From contig CAZJAD010000045.1 in NCBI GenBank assembly GCA_964543855.1, positions 4,200-16,845 on the forward strand: DNA of 12,646 nucleotides, read 5' to 3'. The stretch is from an uncultured Alphaproteobacteria bacterium. Its GTDB lineage: Bacteria > Electryoneota > RPQS01 > DYHQ01. Position numbers and translations under genes: made by a program. Numbering within the stretch: position 1 is the first letter of the stretch; each line of letters opens with the position of its first letter. This document shows, in pieces, positions 6,248-12,646 of the stretch. The notes beneath the pieces are model-generated. The model searched no databases. It saw only the letters and a list, made by a program, of their open reading frames with translations, and had not been told where the DNA came from.

Positions 6248-7021
6248 CTACGCCTCCTTTTCCTTCAAGAGTTCGACCATCACATAGGACGCTTCGTCAA
6301 TATTATAGTTGAACTGGTCCACCTTGTTGACAAAGAAATTATAAGAGATGATACCGAGAATCGCCGCCGCGAGCCCCCCGGCCGTATTGACAAGCGCCTC
6401 GGAAATCCCCATCGCGAGCTGGATCGCGTCGGGTGCCCCCTGACGCGCCATGGCGGCGAACGCACGGATCATACCGATCGTCGTGCCTAAAAGGCCGACC
6501 ATCGTCGCCGTCGACGCAATCGTCGAGAGAGCGATGAGGTTGCGCTCGAGGATCGGAATTTCGATCAGGCGCGCCTCATCAATCGCGCGCTGAGTCTCCG
6601 ACAGCCTCTTCTCGGGCGAAATTTCAGCGGCACCAACCAGCCGCCGATACTGGTCAATTCCGGCTTTGAGTACGGCCGCTGCCGAACCTCGCTGCCGGTC
6701 GCAAAGCCCCGATGCATCCTCCAACTTCCCCTCTCGAATCGCCTTGGAAAACTCTGCGAAGAAGATTTGAATAATCCGTGTCCCGCGAGCCTTTCGGAGA
6801 GTGAGAATGCGCTCCACTACATACGCAACCACCATGATCAACATAGTCAGGAGCGCTGCGACGAGGGGGCCAGCCTGCACAACCTGGTGTATGATCGGAT
6901 TGACTGCGCGATGGGTCGTGGGATCCACCACATCAATCGCTGGAAGCCACACGAAAACAACCGCGCAGCTGATCACCAACGCTACGATCAGAACGATCGT
7001 TGTAAAAGCACCTTGTTTCAT
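6248..7021 (-). CDS. exbB: MotA/TolQ/ExbB proton-channel family protein
   Basis: 257 aa, three TM segments. The conserved C-terminal MotA_ExbB region reads LSTIASTATMVGLLGTTIGMIRAF...AIQLAMGISEALVNTAGGLAAAILGIISYNFFVNKVD. Confidence 0.9.
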   Translation of the reverse strand: MKQGAFTTIVLIVALVISCAVVFVWLPAIDVVDPTTHRAVNPIIHQVVQAGPLVAALLTMLIMVVAYVVERILTLRKARGTRIIQIFFAEFSKAIREGKLEDASGLCDRQRGSAAAVLKAGIDQYRRLVGAAEISPEKRLSETQRAIDEARLIEIPILERNLIALSTIASTATMVGLLGTTIGMIRAFAAMARQGAPDAIQLAMGISEALVNTAGGLAAAILGIISYNFFVNKVDQFNYNIDEASYVMVELLKEKEA

Positions 7022-7116
7022 TCCCAGAACCTCTCAAGTAGAAATCAACGATGATGAAAAGATGACAATAGAATTCACGGAATTAGAAAGAAAAACGCCC
7101 GACGTGGCTCCACGCC

Positions 7117-8907
7117 TCATTTGCCACCGAGGCGTTTCTTGTATTCTGTGACGGCTTCGTAGGTCTCCTTCAAGTCTTTGTCGCTTGGCTTGAAGCGAAG
7201 CGCCTGCCCAAACCCCCGCTCGGCCCCCGACAGATAGTCCCCGCCCTCAGCCAAGAGCTCGTCGCCAGGAATCAGCCCATCGTGGCTGTCGCGAATTCTC
7301 TCCCGAATCTTCAGGAAATGCGACCAGTTTGCATAGCCAAACAGACTCCAGAAATCCCCCCGGTCGGGGCAATAGGTCACGGCCTGTCTCAGATTACGAA
7401 TCGCTGGAACATACTGCTCTTGATTGAAATAGATGAGCCCCATCTGGCCGTAGGCATCGCAGTTGGCCGAATCTAAACGGGTAACTTCTTCGTAAACCTT
7501 GATCGCATCATTCTGGAAACCCCGAGCCGCCAGGATTGACGCCAGATACGAACGCGCTGATACATTGACATTGTCGCACAGGGTTCCCTGTCTCAGAGCT
7601 TCGATAGCTTCCGTCCACTTTTTCATGCGCCCGTAGCTGTAGCCCATGTTAATCATCGCCCCGCACTTATCGGGCTCCAGTTCGAGCGTTTTCTTGTAAT
7701 AGACAATAGCGGAATCAAGCTGGTCATTGTTGTAGTGCACCGTTGCCACCCGGTACGTGATCCGGGGTTGCGCCGGGTCGGCCACAAGCGACCGCTTGAA
7801 GAAAACCGCCGCGGAATCGTAGTGAAGCACCTTCAATTGCCCCACAGTATCCCGAGAGGCAAGGTTGTAATACGCATCACCTGCCATCGTGAGCAACTCC
7901 GCGTCGGTCGTCGTATCGGCAAACACCGAACGCAGGAACCCAATCTCACCGGCGTACTTTCGCTGATCCTCCATTGTCTTCGCCAGCAGCACAATGACTT
8001 CCCGACGGTGCGGTCGCAGCTCGTGGGCTTCACGGAGCGATCGCTCAGCCATGGGCAAATCGCCAAGATTGCGATAGGTCTGCCCAAGCAGATATTGCGA
8101 ATAGAAATGCTTCGGCCGGTCTTTGACAGCCGCCTGCAGAGGTTCCAAGGCTTCGACATACCGACTCGCAGCGAAATACAGCTTCCCAATCTGGTAGTTT
8201 ACCTCGATATTCGTCGAATCGGCGTCCCGCACCGTCTTGAACTCTGCCATGGCTTCGTCGAACTGCTTGTTGTTGAGAAGCACCTGAGCAAGTTCGAAAC
8301 GAAGCTGCGCATCGGTCGGAGCAAGCTCGATAGCGTGGCGATAATGATCAATGGCCAAGACGAGAACATTCTGATCCCGGTAGACGCGAGCCAAGAGTTT
8401 CGGGTAGAGAGGGTTCTCCGGATTCTTCGCAGTCGCTTCAGCGAGAATCCGAATGGCCTCCGTGTTGTGTCCCTGACTGGCCAGAACGCGCGCCCGGCTC
8501 GCTTTGATCTCCCAGAGTTTGCCCCGGCGATCTTTGGCTTCAGCGGCGGCCACAAACTGCTCTGCCTCCTCCACATCACCTCGGGCCAGCAGAGCGTCCA
8601 CAACGGGGACGAGGCTACCGACATCCGTCGGCTTGGTCGACAGCACCTGCTTCAAGTGCTCAACACCTTCGACGGTATCTCCGAGAGCAATCTGAGCCAC
8701 TCCCAAGAGCCAGCGTGCTTCCACAGATTTGGAGTCACGGCCAAGAACAATCCGCGCCTTCTCGATGACGGCGTCCCACTTCTGTGCCTCCGCATAAGCA
8801 TGAGCCGCCTGGAGGTCTGGATCCTTCGCCGCAAAACCCGCACGGGGCAGAAGCAGCACCGCGAGCACGAGGACACAAAAATAAAAGCGAAGAGAAGGCA
8901 AGTTCAT
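7117..8907 (-). CDS. Secreted tetratricopeptide-repeat (TPR) protein, ~15 repeats
   Basis: 596 aa. The signal peptide is MNLPSLRFYFCVLVLAVLLLPRAGFAA. The body is a continuous 34-residue periodic pattern of W/L/G/Y...A...F/Y...A/P helical repeats, e.g. AEARWLLGVAQIALGD, YPKLLARVYRDQNVLVLAIDHYRHAIELAP, IEVNYQIGKLYFAASRYVEALEPLQAAV. It is the first gene after the promoter-containing intergenic region, upstream of exbB. Confidence 0.85.
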   Translation of the reverse strand: MNLPSLRFYFCVLVLAVLLLPRAGFAAKDPDLQAAHAYAEAQKWDAVIEKARIVLGRDSKSVEARWLLGVAQIALGDTVEGVEHLKQVLSTKPTDVGSLVPVVDALLARGDVEEAEQFVAAAEAKDRRGKLWEIKASRARVLASQGHNTEAIRILAEATAKNPENPLYPKLLARVYRDQNVLVLAIDHYRHAIELAPTDAQLRFELAQVLLNNKQFDEAMAEFKTVRDADSTNIEVNYQIGKLYFAASRYVEALEPLQAAVKDRPKHFYSQYLLGQTYRNLGDLPMAERSLREAHELRPHRREVIVLLAKTMEDQRKYAGEIGFLRSVFADTTTDAELLTMAGDAYYNLASRDTVGQLKVLHYDSAAVFFKRSLVADPAQPRITYRVATVHYNNDQLDSAIVYYKKTLELEPDKCGAMINMGYSYGRMKKWTEAIEALRQGTLCDNVNVSARSYLASILAARGFQNDAIKVYEEVTRLDSANCDAYGQMGLIYFNQEQYVPAIRNLRQAVTYCPDRGDFWSLFGYANWSHFLKIRERIRDSHDGLIPGDELLAEGGDYLSGAERGFGQALRFKPSDKDLKETYEAVTEYKKRLGGK

Positions 8908-8959
8908 GAGCGAGGTTTTCTCGATGGCTTCGCTGTAAAGTAGTTCAATTTAAGTATGT

Positions 8960-8988
8960 AATATACCCAACTTCCGCCTAAATCGCAA
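8960..8988 (-). promoter_or_regulatory. Sigma70-like promoter candidate for the TPR-exbB-exbD-exbD-tonB unit
   Basis: Minus strand reads TTGCGA-(17 nt TTTAGGCGGAAGTTGGG)-TATATT. The -35 is plus 8983-8988 (tcgcaa) and the -10 is plus 8960-8965 (aatata). It lies ~50 nt upstream of ATG(8905-8907) in the only AT-rich patch of the 436-nt intergenic region. Confidence 0.3.
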
Positions 8989-9240
8989 GTGAAAATCTGC
9001 ACACTCCTTCCCCTTACCCTCAGTAGCTCTCGCTCCCTCCAAACCACGGTTCATTGCAGCCACTGCACATCCATGATGCCGACCCAACTCCTTTAACAAC
9101 AAGCCTATAGACGTCATCATCCCAGGTCCGGCGGCCTCAACGCAACTCCCACTCAACCGGCCCGGCTCTGCGCAGCGGCATAACAGCAGAGTAACCAAGC
9201 CATAAGACCCACTTGTGAGTTCGTCTCCTACCGGAAGCCA

Positions 9241-9282
9241 GACGAAATGCGCGCGGCACCCTATCGCTCGGGTATCGCGCGC
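9241..9282 (-). terminator. Possible terminator-like GC hairpin after the S41 peptidase gene (weak U-tract)
   Basis: Minus strand: GCGCGCG-[ATACCC GAGCGATA GGGTGC]-CGCGCGC, a 7-bp GC stem plus an inner 5-bp stem, followed by ATTTCGTC. It sits ~60 nt after the TGA at 9344-9346. The U-run is poor, so this may only be a structured 3' end. Confidence 0.25.
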
Positions 9283-9343
9283 TTGCCTTGACTAAAGTCT
9301 CTCCCGGGGTGCAGCTAATCTCCACGACAGCCGCTTGCCCGAT

Positions 9344-10942
9344 TCAGTCCACCACTCCACTGGGCCTTGAATGAGCAATCTCGGCCGCCCGGTCAAAGAG
9401 GGTGAGCGCCGTTTGGACTTGTCTGTCACCCTGCACCCGAACCGCGTAGTAGTACTGACGACGGTTAAAGAGCGTGCTGGCAATCTCTCCTCGTAGCGCG
9501 TCCTTGATAAAACCTTCGTCCGCATTCCACGCTGCGGTATCCAGCTCGATGTCTTTGGCCCGAACAAGCTCACGGAAATCTTGCAGCATCTCATCCGTAA
9601 TCTGGAACTCTTTCGAGAATTGTGAGAAATCCTCGCCGAGATCCGGGTGCTTCAAGGCAAAATCCGAAGCATACTCAAAAAAGAGCCGTTTCGACATGAG
9701 TTGGTAGGTTTGCGCGCTCGCCATATCTGGCGCGATGATCGTATCGGGTCGAATGCCGCCACCGCCGAAGACGAGTCGTCCGGACGCCGTGTAATAGACC
9801 TCCCGATCAGTAGTGTCAACCCCACTCTCATCTCGATCGCTTCGTCCTTCCTCGATGTAATCCGCAACTCCTTTATCATAGGGCCGCTGGATCAGACGGC
9901 CCGAAGGCGTGTAGTAGCGAGCCGTTGTGATTCGAACAACCGATCCATCCGGAAGGTCGAACGGCGTTTGCACCAGGCCCTTGCCGAAACTGGTCTGCCC
10001 CGCAACCAAACCCCGGTCAAGGTCCTGGACGGCTCCGGAGACAATCTCCGAGGCGGATGCGCTGCCATGACTGATAAGGACGATGAGGGGAAAGTCGTAC
10101 TTCTTTCCTCGGCCGGTTGAAGAATAGGTCTGATTGCTCTTGGGAATGCGACCCTTCGTATAGACAATGGTCTTACCTTTGTCGGGGATGAAGAGATCTG
10201 CCACACGCCAGGCTTGGTTCAGGTAGCCACCGGGATTGCCACGCAGATCGAGGAGGAGCCGCTTCATACCGATGTTCAGTAGACTGTCCATGGCCTGCGA
10301 GACTTCTTCTTCGGTCACCGCGGTAAACTGCATGATGTTAATGTAGCCGGTTTGACCGTCCTCGAGCAGAAGTGCCGCCGACACCGAATGGATGGGTATC
10401 TTGTCCCGCGTAATCGTGAAGTCCATCGGGTCTGGAATTCCTTCGCGCGAGATCGTCACCGTCACCTGCGTCCCCTTGGGGCCGCGCAACTTCTCGAAAA
10501 CCTCTTCGTTGGTAATGCCGTAAGCAGAGACGCCCTCGATCTTGATGATCCTGTCCCCGGCTCGAATCCCCAGCCGGTCGGCTGGCGTGCCCGGGATCGG
10601 GGAAACCACCGTCAGCACCTTGTTCTGGATGACAAACTGGATACCAATCCCCTCGAATTCACCCTCGAATCGCTCCTTGATGCGCTTCTGCGCGTCCGCC
10701 GGGATGTAGACGGAATGAGGATCCAGCTTCTCCAACAGCCCACGAATGGCCCCATCCAGCAGCTCTCCCATATCCGGCTCTTCCACATACACATCGCGAA
10801 CCACCCTCAACACATAGCTGAGTTTGGCCAGTTGCCGGTTGACATCCTTGGCATCAGCCCAAAGGTATGGTCCCCAGAGAGCCCCCACACTCACAAGCAC
10901 GGCGACCGTGACCGCCATAGCGACCCAACCTCTTCGTCTCAC
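9344..10942 (-). CDS. S41-family C-terminal processing (tail-specific) peptidase with a PDZ domain, membrane-anchored
   Basis: 532 aa. The N-terminus MRRRGWVAMAVTVAVLVSVGALWG is a signal/anchor. The PDZ region reads GIGIQF...VVSPIPGTPADRLGIRAGDRIIKIEG. S41 catalytic motifs are present: LDLRGNPGGY, ISHGSASASEIVSGA (Ser nucleophile) and TSFGKGLVQ (Lys). An extra ~150-aa C-terminal domain is typical of Bacteroidota-type CtpA. The GTG start overlaps the upstream TGA (GTGA). An AAGGAG SD lies 8 nt upstream. Confidence 0.85.
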   Translation of the reverse strand: MRRRGWVAMAVTVAVLVSVGALWGPYLWADAKDVNRQLAKLSYVLRVVRDVYVEEPDMGELLDGAIRGLLEKLDPHSVYIPADAQKRIKERFEGEFEGIGIQFVIQNKVLTVVSPIPGTPADRLGIRAGDRIIKIEGVSAYGITNEEVFEKLRGPKGTQVTVTISREGIPDPMDFTITRDKIPIHSVSAALLLEDGQTGYINIMQFTAVTEEEVSQAMDSLLNIGMKRLLLDLRGNPGGYLNQAWRVADLFIPDKGKTIVYTKGRIPKSNQTYSSTGRGKKYDFPLIVLISHGSASASEIVSGAVQDLDRGLVAGQTSFGKGLVQTPFDLPDGSVVRITTARYYTPSGRLIQRPYDKGVADYIEEGRSDRDESGVDTTDREVYYTASGRLVFGGGGIRPDTIIAPDMASAQTYQLMSKRLFFEYASDFALKHPDLGEDFSQFSKEFQITDEMLQDFRELVRAKDIELDTAAWNADEGFIKDALRGEIASTLFNRRQYYYAVRVQGDRQVQTALTLFDRAAEIAHSRPSGVVD

Positions 10943-12285
10943 GCTCGTCTCTCCTTCTTTACGATGAACTCATAGTGGCGACGCATCAATTCTTCCGCAG
11001 CTTCCGACAGTACTTTCTCGCGGCGGGCCATCATGGCGCGCGCTGTCTCCAATGTGCGGCTGAGGGGCACTGGCAGAAGACGCTCGGCCCCTCCCCAGTG
11101 GAACGACGGCACAAAACGCTGCGGGAATCCGGCGCCAAAGAGATTGCACGCCACCCCTACCACCGTGCCCGTATTGAACATTGTGTTAATGCCGGTCTTC
11201 GTATGATCTCCAATGAAACAGCCAATATGGCGATGACCGGTGTCGAGATATCGGCCGCCGACTTCCACATGCACGGACTCATAGTTGTTCTTCAAATCGG
11301 AGTTGTTCGTGCCGGCACCGATGTTCACCCACTGTCCCAGATGGGCGTGTCCCAGGAAACCGTCGTGCTGCTTGTTGGAATAGCCCTGAATGATACTCTG
11401 AGTAATTTCGCCGCCCAGCTTGCACACCGGCCCAAAAGATGAACCGCTGTAGAGCCTCGCGCCCGCCTTGATGAGACAATGAGAACCAACAAAAAGTGGA
11501 CCTTCCAGATAACTGTGAGGCAGAATTTCGGTCCCTGCGCCGATGAAAATTGCACCGGTATGATTGCCGAGAACCACTCCCGGATGAATCTTCACCTCGG
11601 GCCCCACGAAGATTGGCGCTCCGCTCAGTCGACCGCACACATCGACCCCCGGCCCCGGATCCCGCAATGGTCGCGCACCCAAGAAGGCATCATTCGATGC
11701 GCCGAGTTGCGCTTGCAGAAGGTCCGCATTGGCCAGCATCGGATCCCAAACATGCCGAGCAATCCGGCAGCGCCAGCCTGCCGGGAGCGCCGATACTCCT
11801 CCCTGTTGAACGAGCAGCTCGGCGAGGTTGTTTCCGCCGTCAGCCAGCAGCCTGCGCGCAATCGTCGCACTTCGCCGCGCGAAAAGGAGTCGACCCTCAT
11901 CATCGACCGCCGTCTCCGGCAGCGGCACGAAGTCATGGGTCTGTTCCGGTCGCAATTCGAAAACGCGCCCATTCAGGAAAACGACATCCTCTCGTTCGGT
12001 CGAACGGACCGCATCCGGCCAGAGCTCGTCACAAAGCCTCTGGAGATGAGTTCTCGGCCTCAGCTGGAGAGACATCTCCGAAGCCCGCTGAACATGATCG
12101 ATGATTGTGCCCGTGCCCACCAGCATGTCCCAGACAGGCCGAAGCACGGTCAACGGGAAGAGATCCGTTTCGACGCCATCGTCTTCGAACAGGCAAACCG
12201 TGGCACCTTCGAAGAGCGAGGGATGAAACGCCAGATTCTCAAGATTAAAGCTGGACAAAATACTTCCCCGGCAATTGCCTGACAA
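10939..12285 (-). CDS. Putative sugar nucleotidyltransferase (NTP_transf_4-like N-terminal domain) fused to a left-handed beta-helix / hexapeptide-repeat domain (GlmU-like architecture); start codon uncertain (TTG)
   Basis: 448 aa. The N-terminal block ...VCLFEDDGVETDLFPLTVLRPVWDMLVGTG... resembles the 'LFED...L.PLT..RP' start of the Bacteroidota putative sugar nucleotidyltransferases. The C-terminal half is full of [LIV]-G-x-x-x-x hexapeptide turns (IFVGPEVKIHPGVVLGNHTGAIFIGAGTEI..., VNIGAGTNNSDLKNNY..., HIGCFIGDHTKTGINTMFNTGTVVGV). The ORF opens with TTG at 12285, overlapping the dprA 3' end by 41 nt. An alternative TTG at 12256-12258 is preceded by GGGGAAG. Confidence 0.65.
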   Translation of the reverse strand: MSGNCRGSILSSFNLENLAFHPSLFEGATVCLFEDDGVETDLFPLTVLRPVWDMLVGTGTIIDHVQRASEMSLQLRPRTHLQRLCDELWPDAVRSTEREDVVFLNGRVFELRPEQTHDFVPLPETAVDDEGRLLFARRSATIARRLLADGGNNLAELLVQQGGVSALPAGWRCRIARHVWDPMLANADLLQAQLGASNDAFLGARPLRDPGPGVDVCGRLSGAPIFVGPEVKIHPGVVLGNHTGAIFIGAGTEILPHSYLEGPLFVGSHCLIKAGARLYSGSSFGPVCKLGGEITQSIIQGYSNKQHDGFLGHAHLGQWVNIGAGTNNSDLKNNYESVHVEVGGRYLDTGHRHIGCFIGDHTKTGINTMFNTGTVVGVACNLFGAGFPQRFVPSFHWGGAERLLPVPLSRTLETARAMMARREKVLSEAAEELMRRHYEFIVKKERRA

Positions 12286-12646
12286 TTCCCTTAAGTTCCA
12301 TCAGGAGCAGTGTCCCCAATGCCTCCGCCACCGACAGGTTCAGCGCCTCGGCGATGGCGTCGATATGCCTGGCATCACTCTGATCCAACAGGTGATAGAT
12401 GCGCTTCTCTTCTTCCGGCATGTCCGGCTCGAGCAGTTCCGCTTGCTCAGAAAGTCCAGCCCGTGCCTTCGCTCCAACTCGCAGGATACGCAGAACCTGC
12501 GCGGCATTTTCGACGAGGGTCGCGCCCTCGCGAATGAGCGCGTGACAGCCCCGCGACTTGTGATTGTGTACGGAGCCGGGAACCGACATCACTTCCCGTC
12601 CCAAGTCTGCTGCAATGAGCGCGGTGATGAGCGCACCGGAGCGCTC
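12245..12646 (-). CDS. dprA: DNA-processing protein DprA/Smf, C-terminal ~133 aa; the gene continues past the window end
   Basis: Reverse-complement of 12605-12646 continues the track ORF in frame: ERSGALITALIAADLGREVMSVPGSVHNHKSRGCHALIREGATLVENAAQVLRIL... This matches the conserved DprA Rossmann-fold C-terminal block (GALITA..A...GR.V.AVPG....P.S.G.H.LI..GA.LV....D.L), followed by the C-terminal winged-helix-like tail. TAA stop at 12245-12247. Confidence 0.8.
   Translation of the reverse strand, partial: ERSGALITALIAADLGREVMSVPGSVHNHKSRGCHALIREGATLVENAAQVLRILRVGAKARAGLSEQAELLEPDMPEEEKRIYHLLDQSDARHIDAIAEALNLSVAEALGTLLLMELKGIVRQLPGKYFVQL

Noticed and set aside
7735-8943. 402-aa plus-strand ORF antisense to the TPR gene
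   Set aside because: Arg/His/Leu-rich low-complexity translation typical of shadow ORFs in GC-rich DNA. No signal, domain or SD. The minus-strand frame carries an unmistakable TPR repeat periodicity and signal peptide.
8950-9198. 82-aa minus-strand ORF in the ctp-TPR intergenic region
   Set aside because: It overlaps the predicted -35/-10 of the TPR promoter, has no SD, and has odd composition (Gly/Arg/Cys-rich). More likely non-coding.
9121-9240. Possible SRP (4.5S) RNA because of ccaggtccgg / ccggaagcc fragments
   Set aside because: The conserved domain-IV core (GGUCCGGAAGGAAGCAGCC) is not present on either strand. The resemblance is limited to short GC words.
1-12646. CRISPR arrays, IS elements/transposases, integrases, tRNA/rRNA genes, toxin-antitoxin or restriction-modification-like modules
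   Set aside because: No spaced direct repeats, no terminal inverted repeats, no tRNA-like T-arm/anticodon signatures, and no ORF with transposase, integrase, nuclease or methyltransferase motifs were seen in any frame. The only notable direct repeat is the exbD paralog block, explained by tandem paralogy.

Overview
GC-rich bacterial chromosomal window, roughly 60% GC by eye. Every supportable gene is on the minus strand (13 CDSs, two of them running off the window edges). The gene content is a T9SS-type C-terminal sorting domain on a BNR/sialidase-like cargo protein, and an exbB-exbD-exbD-tonB block flanked by a large TPR protein and an orphan PstS-like lipoprotein. That combination points to a member of the FCB superphylum (Bacteroidota-like). 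Clear AGGAGG-type Shine-Dalgarno sequences are present upstream of most genes, which argues against classical Bacteroidia. Gene order in the direction of transcription (high to low coordinates) is dprA (partial) -> putative sugar nucleotidyltransferase/hexapeptide-repeat protein -> S41 C-terminal processing peptidase -> [436-nt intergenic region with a sigma70-like promoter] -> TPR protein -> ExbB/TolQ -> ExbD -> ExbD -> TonB -> [strong intrinsic terminator] -> small 2-TM ORF -> PstS-like periplasmic binding lipoprotein -> [terminator] -> SPFH/band-7 protein -> T9SS-CTD BNR-repeat protein -> LarA-like (DUF2088) protein (partial). No rRNA, tRNA, CRISPR or mobile-element signatures were seen. 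The most interesting unit is the Ton/Tol-like energy-transducing module bundled with a TPR protein and a PstS-like lipoprotein whose phosphate-binding motif looks degenerate. It is not linked to a TonB-dependent receptor or to pstCAB inside the window. Everything below is read from the sequence and from remembered family signatures; no database searches were run.
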